Shown: positions 40,924 through 53,793 of the stretch, in pieces
Position numbering within the stretch: the first letter of the stretch is position 1
Layout of the letters: the number at the start of each line of letters is the position of its first letter
NCBI GenBank assembly: GCA_964016885.1
Contig: OZ024752.1
Span: 21,390,001 to 21,454,000, forward strand
Reading direction: 5' to 3'
Length of the DNA: 64,000 nt
Origin: Eledone cirrhosa
Lineage: Eukaryota
Notes under the pieces: generated by a model
What the model was told of the DNA's origin: nothing
Database searches by the model: none
The model's input: only the letters and a program-made list of their open reading frames with translations
Translations under genes and position numbers: made by a program

Positions 40924-43900
40924 ATCCATATATACCATGCGACCCTCAGTTCCTACCTCCCCCCCCTCTCTATGCACTTCTTTAAGGCTTACTACCCTGT
41001 CTTTAACCTAATTCATTCAATCTGAAAATATTGAAGAGATAAGACACTTTCCCATTCTTCTCTGCTAAAATGTACCACTAGAGCTGATTCAAATTTTCCC
41101 AGCCAGCCATCCATCTAATCTACGAAGGTATTTTAGCCTACATATTGTCGTTAATATTATGATGTTCCCTGCTGTATTAGCGTTAAATTTTCCCTGCTGT
41201 ATTAGCGATAAATTTTCGAGGGTTTCTCTTAGTAGCTTTTTTCATGACGTTATTATTGTTAATTTTACTGATGTAGTATTAACTTGGATATTTACCATGC
41301 GACCCTCAGTTCCTACCTCACAATTTCCCTCTCCCCCACCCCCACACACCACCATAGTCTATTCGACCAATCAAACCTAGCATGCCATTTCCACTGCTGC
41401 TGCTGCTACTACCTGCCTAACTAACTCTCTCCTCCTCTGGCGCATCCCAACACACCCTGCCATTACCCCACCACCACTGTCCTTCTAGCCCTCAATTTTC
41501 CCACCGTTATGGATGGATGAGCTGGGAATACACGAGCAACTCTGAATCAATAGATGAAATATGAATCTGCGAGCTACCAAGCACCCACGTGAAGCGCCAA
41601 CCCAGAGACCCTCCCCTACGAGTGTCGACAAATGCCCAAAACTCCGAGTTGGTACCATCAATGTAGGCTCAATGAAAGGAAGAGCAGGAGAAATCGTAGA
41701 AATGCTAGAGCGAAAGGAAGTTGATGTATGCTGTGTGCAAGAGACTAGATGGAGAGGAGGGTCTGCTAGAGTCCTTGTAGGAAAAAGCCAGTGCTACAAA
41801 TTTTTCTGGGTGGGAAATGACGATGGGATGGGTGGTGTAGGTATACTATTAGCTGACAAGTGGGTAGATAAAGTAATCTCAGTGTACAGGGTAAATGCAA
41901 GAATCATTAAACTCAGACTAGTCCTGAATAAGACAATTACCACAATAATATCAGCTTACGCACCCCAATCGGGGCTGCCAGACGAACTTAAGGATAGGTT
42001 TTACGAGTCCCTAATACACACTACTGCTCTAACAGACGACAAGGACTTCCTAATCATTGCAGGAGATTTTAACGGACACGTAGGTAAACACTGCGACGGC
42101 TTCAATAGAGTACATGGAGGCCATGGAGTTGGCACAAGGAATGAGGAAGGATTCAGACTTCTAGAATTCTGCGACGCCAATGACATGTCGATATGTAACA
42201 CAAACTTTAAAAAACCCGACAACCACCTGATCACCTATAGATCAGGGGAGCACTCTAGTCAGTTAGATTTTATCCTCATCAGAGGACGTGACAGATGGAC
42301 GGTCGTAAACACAAAAGCCTTCCCTAGTGAGGAATGTACATCCCAACATAGCTTAGTTGTCAGCGACCTCACGGTCAGAACTAGACGAGCCCTGAAACAG
42401 AGGCCAACCTGGAGAAGAAAGATCTGGAAGCTGAAAGTCCCCTCAACCAGTAACAGATTTAAAGATATTTTACTCAACGCCTACGACAGTAAAGAAGAAC
42501 AGATAGAGACATTTAACGTAGAAGAGAACTGGGAGTTCCTAAAAAATAACTTACTAGAGGCGACGGATGAGGTTTGTGGCTGGAGTAAGACCTCAAGCAG
42601 GAGGAGAGTGACTTGGTGGTGGAACAATAAGGTAGATGAAGCAGTCAAGGCCAAGAGACAGGCATGGAAAGAATGGAAGAACGGGGGGAGCAGGGTACAT
42701 TACATAGAGACCAAGAGGGAAGCTAGGCGACAAGTATACTTAGCTAGGAGGGAAGCAGAGGATAGAAAATTCAAGCATGTTTTACAACGTGAGGACCAGA
42801 AACAGGAGGTATTCAAGATTGCGAGGCAGTGTGTCAGAGATAGTTGTGATGTCATTGGAGAGAAGTGTATCCGGAATGATAAAGGTGAGCTTGCCCTCAC
42901 AAGTGCTGAGAAGAAAGATGCATGGAAGAGTCATTATGATAGATTACTAAATGAGGAGAATGCATGGGAAGAAGAGACCCTACCCCACGTAGACCCTATA
43001 GAGGGACCAGCAGTACAAGTCAGCGGCAGCGTAGTAAGTAAGGCAATCAGAGATATGAAGATAGGGAAGGCAACCGGTCCATCGGGTATAGCTGCCGAGA
43101 TGCTGAAGGCATCTGGGTCTGTAGGTCACACTATAACCACACGTATCGTTAACCAGGTAATACTAGAGGGGGCCATACCAAAAGATTGGTGCAGTAGCAT
43201 CATTGTCAACTGCTACAAAGGTAAAGGCGATGCACTAGATAGAGGAAACTATAGAGGTATAAAGTTGATGGACCAGGTCATGAAAGTAACAGAAAGAGTT
43301 ATAGCACAGCTGATTAGGGACCGGGTGAATATAGACGAGATGCAATTTGGGTTTGTACCAGGGAAAGGCACCACTGATGCGCTCTTCCTTGTGAGGCAAT
43401 TACAGGAAAAGTACCTAGCTAAAAGTAAGCCACTCTACTTGGCATTTGTCGACCTTGAGAAAGCCTTTGACAGAGTTCCACGTGCAGTAATCTGGTGGGC
43501 TCTTAGAAAACTAGGAGTAGATGAATGGCTTGTGAAAGCGGTACAAGCCATGTATAGGGGAGCAGTCAGCAAAGTTAGGATTGGCAATGAGTATAGCGAG
43601 GAATTTAGCGTACAGGTTGGGGTCCACCAGGGCTCTGTTCTTAGCCCTCTCCTGTTCATCATAGTCCTGCAGGCAATAACGGAGGAGTTTAAGACCGGAT
43701 GCCCATGGGAACTCCTGTATGCTGATGACCTCGCACTCATAGCTGAATCTATGGTAGAACTAGAGAATAAATTCCAAACCTGGAAGCAGGGACTAGAGAG
43801 AAAGGGCCTCAAAGTCAACATGACAAAGACTAAGGTCCTTATAAGTAGACGAGAAAACAGAACCCAGATCCCCTCAGGGAAATGGCCTTGCTCAGTATGT

Positions 43901-44983
43901 AGGAAAGGTGTAGGTAGGAACTCCATTCTTTGCCCCAAATGCAAACAATGGGTACACAAGAGATGTAGCGGGATCTCAGGAAGCTTAATTAAGAATGTAG
44001 GATTCACATGCAGCAGCTGTGCTGAAACAGCAAGCAAACAGCCACAGGAAACAAGTACCACCAATCTCTGGGAGGGCCCTGTAGAAACAGTAGACAGCTT
44101 CTGCTACCTAGGTGACCGAATTAGCAACGGAGGTGGGTGCTCAGAAAGTACAATAACTAGGGTAAGAACGGGATGGAAGAAGTTTAGGGAACTACTACCA
44201 CTGCTAGCTGCAAAAGGCTTCTCCCTCAGAATGAAAGGCAGACTGTATGATGCGTGTATCCGAACAGCGATGTTGCATGGTAGTGAGACCTGGGCGCTGA
44301 AGGTGGAAGACCTACGTAGATTAGAGAGAAACGAAGCCTGCATGCTCCGATGGATGAGTAACAGTAATATACGTGAACGACAAAGCATAAATGAATTGAG
44401 AGAGAGACTGAGCATAAGAGGAATCAAATGCTGCGTGCAGGAGAGGCGGTTACGCTGGTATGGACATGTGATACGTATGAAGGATGACAGCTGCATAAAA
44501 AGGTGCAGAGCACTAGAAGTTGATGGAAACCGCGGAGTGGGGAGACCCAAGATGACTTGGGATGAGGTGATAAAAGCCGACCTTACCCAACTACACCTCT
44601 CAAAGTCAATGACACATGACCGTGACTTCTGGCGTCACGCAGTAATACAGGGTACCCGACCTCCCATGGGTACATGCTGAAGCATATAAACAATATGACC
44701 CCCCCCCCCACCGCAAGGTGGTCGTGGAGGTGCCACGGCAAAAAAGCACCCAGCCCACACTGTAAAGTGGACGTGTAGGCGCCACGAAAAAGCACCCAGC
44801 ACTCACTGTAAATGAGGTTGGTGTTAGGAAGGGCATCCAGCTGTAGAAATCAAGCCAGATCAGTTCCTGTATGAGCAAGGCATGGTCAGCCGACCAGACA
44901 CTGCCCACAACAGGACAACCCGTCTAACCCATGCTAGCGTGGAAGAACGGACGTAAAACGGTGATGATGATGATGATGATGAT
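40924..44983 (+). mobile_element. RTE-clade LINE family B, apparently full length, inserted in the satellite
   Basis: 5'UTR, single ORF, 3'UTR and (GAT)n tail. Array reads ..CACATAT| before and |ATATCTACAC after. Confidence 0.97.
41561..44680 (+). CDS. Intact RTE polyprotein (APE endonuclease, RT, PHD-type finger), 1039 aa
   Basis: ATG start, no stops. GTINVG, VQETRW, GDFNGH, SQH; DLEKAFD, QGSVLSP, YADD; CSVC..CPKC..H..C..CSSC. Confidence 0.95.
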   Translation: MNLRATKHPREAPTQRPSPTSVDKCPKLRVGTINVGSMKGRAGEIVEMLERKEVDVCCVQETRWRGGSARVLVGKSQCYKFFWVGNDDGMGGVGILLADKWVDKVISVYRVNARIIKLRLVLNKTITTIISAYAPQSGLPDELKDRFYESLIHTTALTDDKDFLIIAGDFNGHVGKHCDGFNRVHGGHGVGTRNEEGFRLLEFCDANDMSICNTNFKKPDNHLITYRSGEHSSQLDFILIRGRDRWTVVNTKAFPSEECTSQHSLVVSDLTVRTRRALKQRPTWRRKIWKLKVPSTSNRFKDILLNAYDSKEEQIETFNVEENWEFLKNNLLEATDEVCGWSKTSSRRRVTWWWNNKVDEAVKAKRQAWKEWKNGGSRVHYIETKREARRQVYLARREAEDRKFKHVLQREDQKQEVFKIARQCVRDSCDVIGEKCIRNDKGELALTSAEKKDAWKSHYDRLLNEENAWEEETLPHVDPIEGPAVQVSGSVVSKAIRDMKIGKATGPSGIAAEMLKASGSVGHTITTRIVNQVILEGAIPKDWCSSIIVNCYKGKGDALDRGNYRGIKLMDQVMKVTERVIAQLIRDRVNIDEMQFGFVPGKGTTDALFLVRQLQEKYLAKSKPLYLAFVDLEKAFDRVPRAVIWWALRKLGVDEWLVKAVQAMYRGAVSKVRIGNEYSEEFSVQVGVHQGSVLSPLLFIIVLQAITEEFKTGCPWELLYADDLALIAESMVELENKFQTWKQGLERKGLKVNMTKTKVLISRRENRTQIPSGKWPCSVCRKGVGRNSILCPKCKQWVHKRCSGISGSLIKNVGFTCSSCAETASKQPQETSTTNLWEGPVETVDSFCYLGDRISNGGGCSESTITRVRTGWKKFRELLPLLAAKGFSLRMKGRLYDACIRTAMLHGSETWALKVEDLRRLERNEACMLRWMSNSNIRERQSINELRERLSIRGIKCCVQERRLRWYGHVIRMKDDSCIKRCRALEVDGNRGVGRPKMTWDEVIKADLTQLHLSKSMTHDRDFWRHAVIQGTRPPMGTC

Positions 44984-47900
44984 ATCTACACTCACACACT
45001 GTACTCAGGGCAGTATGTACAGATGATATACACATATCTACACTCACACACTGTACTCAGGGCAGTATGTACAGTTGATATACACATATCTACACTCACA
45101 CACTGTACTCAGGGAAGCGTGTACAGTTGATATACACATATCTACACCCACACACTGTACTCATGGAAGTGTGTACAGGTGATATACACATATCTACACT
45201 CACACACTGTACTCAGGGAAGTGTGTATAGTTGATATACACATATCTACACTCACACACTGTACTCACGGAAGTGTGTACAGTTGATATACACATATCTA
45301 CACTCACACACTGTACTCAGGGAAGTGTGTACAGTTGATATACACACATCTACACTCACACACTGTACTCAGGGAAGTGTGTACAGTTGATATACACATA
45401 TCTACACTCACACACTGTACTCAGGGAAGAGTGTACAGTTGATATACACATATCTACACTCACACACTGTACTCAGGGCAGTATGTACAGTTGATATACA
45501 CATATCTACACTCACACACTGTACTCAGGGAAGTGTGTACAGTTGATATACACATATCTACACTCACACACTGTACTCAGGGAAGCGTGTACAGTTGATA
45601 TACACATATCTACACTCACACACTGTACTCAGGGAAGCGTGTACAGTTGATATACACATATCTACACCCACACACTGTACTCAGGGAAGTGTGTACATTT
45701 GATATACACATATCTACACTCACACACTGTACTCAGGGAAGCGTGTACAGTTAATATACACATATCTACACTCACACACTGTACTCAGGGCAGTGTGTAC
45801 AGTTGATATACACATATCTACACTCACACACTGTACTCAGGGAAGTGTGTACAGTTGATATACACACATCTACACTCACACACTGTACTCAGGGCAGTGT
45901 GTACAGTTGATATATACATATCTACACTCACACACTGTACTCAGGGAAGTGTGTACAGTTGATATACACATATCTACACTCACACACTGTACTCAGGGAA
46001 GCGTGTACAGTTGATATACACATATCTACACTCACAGACTGTACTCAGGGAAATATGTACAGTTGATATACACATATCTACACTCACACACTGTACTCAG
46101 GGAAGCGTGTACAGTTGATATACACATATCTACACCCACACACTGTACTCAGGGAAGTGTGTACAGTTGATATATACATATCTACACTCACACACTGTAC
46201 TCAGGGAAGTGTGTACAGTTGATATACACATATCTACACTCACACACTGTACTCAGGGCAGTATGTACAGTTGATATATACATATCTACACTCACACACT
46301 GTACTCAGGGAAGTGTGTACAGTTGATATATACATATCTACACTCACACACTGTACTCAGGGAAGTGTGTACAGTTGATATACACATATCTACACTCACA
46401 CACTGTACTCAGGGAAGTGTGTACAGTTGATATACACATATCTACACCCACACACTGTACTCAGGGAAGTGTGTACAGTTGATATACACATATCTACACT
46501 CACACACTGTACTCAGGGCAGTATGTACAGTTGATATATACATATCTACACTCACACACTGTACTCAGGGAAGTGTGTACAGTTGATATATACATATCTA
46601 CACTCACACACTGTACTCAGGGAAGTGTGTACAGTTGATATACACATATCTACACTCACACACTGTACTCAGGGCAGTATGTACAGTTGATATATACATA
46701 TCTACACTCACACACTGTACTCAGGGAAGTGTGTACAGTTGATATACACACATCTACACTCACACACTGTACTCAGGGAAGTGTGTACAGTTGATATACA
46801 CATATCTACACTCACACACTGTACTCAGGGCAGTGTGTACAGTTGATATACACATATCTACACTCACACACTGTACTCAGGGAAGCGTGTACAGTTGATA
46901 TACACACATCTACACTCACACACTGTACTCAGGGCAGTGTGTCAGTTGATATACACATATCTACACTCACACACTGTACTCAGGGAAGTGTGTACAGTTG
47001 ATATACACATATCTACACTCACACACTGTACTCAGGGAAGTGTGTACAGTTGATATATACATATCTACACTCACACACTGTACTCAGGGCAGTGTGTATA
47101 GTTGATATACTCATATCTACACTCACACACTGTACTCAGGGAAGTGTGTACAGTTGATATACACATATCTACACTCACACACTGTACTCAGGGCAGTGTG
47201 TACAGTTGATATACTCATATCTACACTCACACACTGTACTCAGGGAAGCGTGTATAGTTGATATACTCATATCTACACTCACACACTGTACTCAGGGAAG
47301 CGTGTATAGTTGATATACACATATCTACACCCACACACTGTACTCAGGGAAGTGTGTACAGTTGATATACACACATCTACACTCACACACTGTACTCAGG
47401 GCAGTGTGTACAGTTGATATACACATATCTACACTCACACACTGTACTCAGGGAAGTGTGTACAGTTGATATACACATATCTACACTCACACACTGTACT
47501 CAGGGCTGTGTGTACAGTTGATATACACATATCTACACTCACACACTGTACTCAGGGAAGTATGTACAGTTGATATACACATATCTACACTCACACACTG
47601 TACTCAGGGAAATATGTACAGTTGATATACACATATCTACACTCACACACTGTACTCAGGGCAGTATGTACAGTTGATATACACATATCTACACTCACAC
47701 ACTGTACTCAGGGAAGTGTGTACAGTTGATATACACATATCTACACTCACACACTGTACTCAGGGAAGTGTGTACAGTTGATATACACATATCTACACTC
47801 ACACACTGTACTCAGGGAAGTGTGTACAGTTGATATACACATATCTACACTCACACACTGTACTCAGGGCAGTATGTACAGTTGATATACACATATCTAC

Positions 47901-48905
47901 ACTCACACACTGTACTCAGGGCAGTATGTACAGTTGATATACACATATCTACACTCACACACTGTACTCAGGGAAGTGTGTATAGTTGATATACACATAT
48001 CTACACTCACACACTGTACTCAGGGAAGTGTGTACAGTTGATATACACATATCTACACTCACACACTGTACTCAGGGAAGTGTGTACAGTTGATATACAC
48101 ATATCTACACTCACACACTGTACTCAGGGAAGTGTGTACAGTTGATATACACACATCTACACTCACACACTGTACTCAGGGAAGTGTGTACATTTGATAT
48201 ACACATATCTACACTCACACACTGTACTCAGGGAAGCGTGTACAGTTGATATACACATATCTACACTCACACACTGTACTCAGGGAAGCGTGTACAGTTG
48301 ATATATACATATCTACACTCACACACTGTACTCAGGGAAGCGTGTACAGTTGATATACACATATCTACACTCACACACTGTACTCAGGGAAGCGTGTACA
48401 GTTGATATACACATATCTACACTCACACACTGTACTCAGGGAAGCGTGTACAGTTGATATATACATATCTACACTCACACACTGTACTCAGGGAAGTGTG
48501 TACAGTTGATATACACATATCTACACCCACACACTGTACTCAGGGAAGTGTGTACAGTTGATATACACACATCTACACTCACACACTGTACTCAGAGAAG
48601 TGTGTACAGTTGATATACACATATCTACACTCACACACTGTACTCAGGGAAGTGTGTACAGTTGATATACACATATCTACACTCACACACTGTACTCAGG
48701 GAAGTGTGTACAGTTGATATACACATATCTACACTCACACACTGTACTCAGGGAAGTGTGTACAGTTGATATACACATATCTACACTCACACACTGTACT
48801 CAGGGAAGTGTGTATAGTTGATATACACATATCTACACTCACACACTGTACTCAGGGAAGTGTGTACAGTTGATATACACATATCTACACTCACACACTG
48901 TACTC
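44982..48905. repeat. 52-bp tandem satellite, block 2 (~75 units), followed by ~1.8 inverted units to 48996
   Basis: Same consensus resumes in register after the LINE tail; polarity flips at 48905. Confidence 0.99.
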
Positions 48906-49516
48906 TTCCCTGAGTACAGTGTGTGAGTGTAGATATGTGTATATCAACTGTACACACTTCCCTGAGTACAGTGTGTGAGTGTAGATATGTGTATATTTAT
49001 AAAATATGCTTTCGAAATAACTTTTTTTGAAAGGCTGTTCCAAACATTCATTTAAAAATGTTCTTTGTACAGAGTTTTCTTTTTCCTTTTGAAATATGTT
49101 TTAAGGTATTCTGAGGCTGTCTTCTTGAAACGTTATGCTAAATATTTTTCTAATTTGATTTAAAAATTCCCTCCAAACATTATTTACGGTGATCGTCGCA
49201 TACAATACATTTGCGGGTGTGTACACCATCGGTGTAGAAGTGGGCGCCTAAAGACAGTGAAGACGTCGAAGGGCCGCCAGCAGTTAAAGCATACAACCCC
49301 TTACCTACTACAGTAGTAATTCCAACCTAAGAAACAAATTTGATTGACAGGTGGAGAATGAAAAGAACCAAATAGTGGACAACCATGAGTGGCTAGAAAT
49401 ACCGATGACGTGTACAGTTCTTGACCACTCCTAGAATGACAATAACAGGATCTAAGCCGATAAGCGAAGTATATCGATGTAAAAGGACATTAGGAAAATC
49501 TGCTTCGTAGAATCAA

Positions 49517-49606
49517 GACGTATCTGAGGACCTTGCGATTTTCAGAGTCAGGTTCGATCATCACATTGATCGTGCCTCGAGCTGGTCGCCAGAGAAACGA
49601 TAAATT
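49517..49606 (+). ncRNA. Inactivated hammerhead in the right arm
   Basis: Same CTGAGGA..GAAAC core, but a 15-nt deletion (TTGTAATATGTCCAA) removes the cleavage triplet, the stem I 3' strand and AATAAA. Confidence 0.7.
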
Positions 49607-49723
49607 CTTTTCATCGCAACACTGATTCTCTTTTTTTCTGTGATATCATACTCTGCTCTACGAGAGCATCGAGTGCTCATACGGCCTACCACATACGGAT
49701 GCTTTAAGCATCCAATATCAATT

Positions 49724-49759
<36 letters not shown>

Positions 49760-50039
49760 GGGCCTTCTAATTTCATTGTACATTATATACATGTCTGTGT
49801 ATATTTTAATTATTTAAACATTATTTTTAGGTGAACATTATTTTAAAAAATATATTTTTAAGTGAACGTGACCCAAGGGGTCATGGGTGGTCTAATATTT
49901 ATCTAAAACCCTTCCATGATAATTTCATGTAAGAACTTTTGTTAAATTATTAAATCCCTCCAAATTCTTGATTTTCAAAATTATTTGAAAATAAAGCAAT
50001 TAAATTAGAACATGGAATGAAGTTATTGAGTGTTGGATA

Positions 50040-51370
50040 GAAAGGAAAATGTGGAATATTAATGAAATGTAGTTTGGATTTATGACAGGAAGAACAACTG
50101 AAGCAGTTAGAGAAGTACAGAGACAGGAGGGAGAATTTATTTTAAGGTTTGTTGATCTGGAGAAAGCTTTTGATAGGGTTCCATGTAAAGTAGTGAAATG
50201 GACATTGAGAAAGTGGAGAAATAGTTGAGTAGAGTAGTGATATCAATGTATAAGTGAGCATGTGCAGTTGGAAGGATGAAGGATGGGAACAGTGATGAGT
50301 TTGTAGTGAATGCTGAAGTGCATGAGGGATCAATATTAAGCCCACTACTATTTATAGTCGAGATGGTGGTACTATCCTGAAGTGTAAAGGAAGGTTTATC
50401 ATGGATGTTGTACATAGATGATCTGGTATTAATAGCAGAGAGTATATATGGACTGTGAGAGAAAATGAATAGGTGGGAGGAATGTATGGAGGCAAAAGAT
50501 ATGAAGGTGAATATGAGAAAGATCAATGTGATGGCAGGTGGCAAAGCATTTGGTGAGATGGAAAGTATGGGAAGGTGGCTGCGGCATGCAGGAAGAATAT
50601 TGGAGGGAACTCCAGTAAATGTATGATATGCACTGGATGGGTACATAAAAAATATAGTGGTATGGAAAAAGACCCATCAAACACATACAAGCATGGAAAA
50701 GCAGATATAAAATGATGATGAATGTGGCAACTACATTTAAGTGTAAAGTGTGTATGGAGGGAGCTAAAGATAGTGAGGATGATGAACGGAAGCTTGGAAA
50801 TTGTGTCAAGATGGAAGATGTGTAAACATTTTGTCACCTTGGAGACGAGTTGAATGGAGAAGGTGAATCAGACTTAGTGTCAGTAGCTAAAGTGAGATGT
50901 GTAAGAAAGAAGTTCTGGGAACTGTATGGTGTGTTATTGAGGAGGGAAATGTTACCGAAACCGAAGGGAAAGGTGTATTTGTGATAAGAGCTATGGTTTA
51001 TGGGAGTGAGACATGGGTGGGGTTTATGGAGCAGCAGGGAAGGTTGGAAAAAATAGAAATGAGAAATGTCCGTCGAATGGACAGTTGAAACAGAACCAGT
51101 GATGAATGTTTTGGAGAGAAATGGAATGAGATGGTTGGATCATGTGTTGAAGAAGAATAAAAGTGGCTAGGTGAGAGGAGTGATGGAAATTAATATGAAA
51201 GGAAGTAGTGGAAGGAGAAGATCAAGAAAAACATGGCTAAAGTTGATGAAGGAGGAAATTAAAGGTTGATGAGGCAGGATGCAGACGATGGGGAAAAAAT
51301 GGAGAAGCTTGTGATGAGATCTCCATTGTTAATCCCTGCTTTAGCAGGAAAAAAAGGCCTGAAAATGCTT
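50040..51370 (+). mobile_element. Ancient RTE remnant
   Basis: FVDLEKAFDRVP, HEGSILSPLLF, YIDDL, MVYGSETW and GRRRSRKTW remnants with many stops. Confidence 0.8.
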
Positions 51371-51371
51371 G

Positions 51372-51757
51372 TTATTTGAAAATCACAGGCAATGTTAATT
51401 AAAAATCTGGTCAGAAAAGATTTCAAGGTGTAAAAAATGTGTATTTCAGACACATAGACCAATTAGGGAAGAACACATCATTCATTTTTGTTTCACATTT
51501 GAAAAGAGGGTAATAGCCCTGACATATCATGTTGAAATACACTGGGTAAAACATTACTGTTATATTTGTCATCATTTACTCTTTATATTTTCGTACCACA
51601 TTGTATCGGCTTTTTGAAACTTATCACAGTTAATTAGTTTATTGCATCTTTACAATCTGGTTTAATTTTTTACACCTTTAAGACTTTGCTCGTTACACCT
51701 TTAACTCTTTTCTGACCAGGTTTCTAATTAACAACATTGCCTGTGATTTTAAAATAA
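51372..51757. mobile_element. MITE-like element with ~60-bp imperfect inverted ends
   Basis: TTATTTGAAAATCACAGGCAATGTT..CTGGTCAGAAAAGA..AAGGTGTAA versus its reverse complement at 51693-51757. Confidence 0.65.
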
Positions 51758-51843
51758 TTTATTATATATCTCAGAATGCTTTATATTAATAATAATAATA
51801 ATAAACTAATTATTAATGCAGCAGACTTCATTAAATTACCAAC

Positions 51844-52320
51844 CTTATTTAAGGGATTCATTTCTTCAATAATCTGGCAAAGAATCCGAATAACATCATC
51901 ACGGGAAACTCTGGATGACATGCGAGCTTTAAAAGAAATGCCGTAGGTCTGCATAGTTCCAAAAGGTGTGGAGAAAAATGGTTCCAACAAATCTGTGACT
52001 ACCTTTGTTATGTCTGCCAAATCAATACGACAAATGACGCTTACTGGAAGAACCCGAAGACTATAACGGGTCTTTTGGACTTGACTTTGGTAGATATCAG
52101 CAAGGATGTGATGAATTAATCCACATGGATCTTCTAGAGTAGTCTTGATGAAGAGACAATTTTTGGTGCCGCTGTCCACCTGCTGGAATCTCCGTTCAGT
52201 AGGTTTTTCCTCTTTCAAGGCCTTTACTTCTCGTTCAAGTTCATCTTCAATCTCACCAGCTGATTCTTCTGATTCTTCTTTGTTATCTTTAGATTCCAAA
52301 TTCTTTGATGTCACCTCTGT
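51844..52320 (-). CDS. THUMPD1: THUMPD1 coding exon 2 (159 codons)
   Basis: Acceptor ttttcccgacag. Reads EIEDELEREVKALKEE..RRFQQVDSGTKNCLFIKT..KTRYSLRVLPV..FKARMSSRVSRDDVI..MNPLNK, then donor GTTGGT. Phase 0 at both ends. Confidence 0.9.
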
Positions 52321-52752
52321 CTGTCGGGAAAAATATTAGAAAATGAAACAAAACAATAAAGGTAAATACTGTGGCTTATTAGTTTTCTTTTATTAGTTAG
52401 GAAGAGGAGAAAGAAGAAGAAAGGCAGTGCTTATAAACCATCAGATCTTCCTTGACTGTAGAGGTAGGAATAGGTTGGTAAAGATGATAGTGGTAGTGCT
52501 GGTACCATGAGAAAATGTACCCAGTACACCCTGTAAAATGGTTGGCATTAGGGAAGGCATCCAGCTGTAGAAACCATGCCAAAATTGGAATGTGTAAGCA
52601 AGATGGAGTTACCCAACATGTCTAAATCTTGGAGAGTGACAACTTGTCCAACCCATGCTAGCATGGAAAAGAGAGGTATGATGATGATGATATGAATGAT
52701 GAACATGTGCAGGCCAGTGGAGGAAGATACAAGAAAGTAGAAAGTTCTAGAG

Positions 52753-52944
52753 CAATGTTTCCCACAAGATTAGGTGTAGTTCAATAAAATTTCATAAACG
52801 TTTTTATTTTTTTAATATGAATAAATTCTCTTGTTTTAGAGACAATTTTTGTTTCATGTAATGTCTTATTAAAATTAAGGTTGTGGGGTTTATCAGTAAA
52901 ACCTAGTTATGGGTTCCACAATAAAATAAGTTTGGGAACCACTG
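52753..52944. mobile_element. hAT (Charlie-like) MITE
   Basis: Ends CAATGTTTCCCA / TGGGAACCACTG; 8-bp imperfect TSD TTCTAGAG / TTCAAAAG. Confidence 0.55.
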
Positions 52945-53589
52945 TTCAAAAGGACTGCATCGAGGGGTGTGGAAGGCTTTGGCAAAGTGTTTATTAAGGC
53001 TTATATATTTGTAAATACATCAGAATATTTGTAAGGTTAGGTGCTAGATAATTGACTACACAGTCATGTGGTCAAATATTACTACAACTACTGTATTGTG
53101 GCCTCCTTAAGCAAGGCAAATATTCAGTTTATCTGACAACAGATCACCCAGTTTCATTTCACATAAAGTACAATAATTTCACCAACTGCAACAATAATTA
53201 GTCCATTAACCCTCTCAGTACCATATTTTTAATAAAATACACTACCTCAAGAATTTGATAATATATCTAACTTTCCCCATTATAAATGGGGAATATAACT
53301 TAAACTTTTTATATGAAATTATGATGAAAGGTATTTTGATATATCATCATTGTTTAATGTCAATTTTTTTCATGCTGGCCTGGGTTTTCCAAAGCCATTT
53401 CACCTAAATGATGCACTGGAATAGCTAAAGAGTCCACTCATCACTAAGCTAATGAAAGCACCAATCAAGGCTATAGTAAAATGAAGAGGGCCCAAAGAAA
53501 ATACTGCAGTAAATTTCATCCAACGTTTTACCAAATCAACTGCCCCCTTTAAACATTAAATAATAAAACAAAACAAAACAAACACTCAC

Positions 53590-53793
53590 ATGTTCAGGTC
53601 CATATAATTTGTCGGCATATTCATTGAGAAGATTATACATTTCTTTAACAGCTTGACTTTCATTCCGGTTACACGTGACCAAAAAACCTTGCATCCCAAC
53701 ATCAAGGGAGTTCCACTTCTTACGTTTTTTATACATGCACTTCTTGTAGTATGTATGTGATTTCTTTCTCTTGAGTTCATCATTACCTCCCAT
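53590..53793 (-). CDS. THUMPD1: THUMP domain-containing protein 1, coding exon 1 (68 codons)
   Basis: MGGNDELKRKK...LDVGMQGFLVTCNRNESQAVKEMYNLLNEYADKLYGPEH matches the THUMPD1/Tan1 N-terminal motif (G.LITCN..E...V.E.Y.LLNEY.D.LYG). Phase-0 donor GTGAGT follows 53590; acceptor tgtgtttcag precedes 53810, leaving 17 nt of 5'UTR in this exon. Confidence 0.9.

Larger units (their letters stand above)
27524..49646. mobile_element. 22-kb composite bounded by ~740-bp inverted arms (27524-28267 / 48905-49646)
   Basis: Arms are near-identical reverse complements with few substitutions, a 12-nt insertion and a 15-nt deletion. Each has a hammerhead motif and ends internally in satellite units. Confidence 0.9.

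Noticed and set aside
28176-48905. CRISPR array
   Set aside because: No unique spacers, no cas genes and a eukaryotic context; it is a pure tandem repeat.
27524-49646. Polinton or other DNA transposon with long TIRs
   Set aside because: No integrase, polB or transposase, no TSD or diagnostic termini; the arms carry retroelement-type hammerheads.
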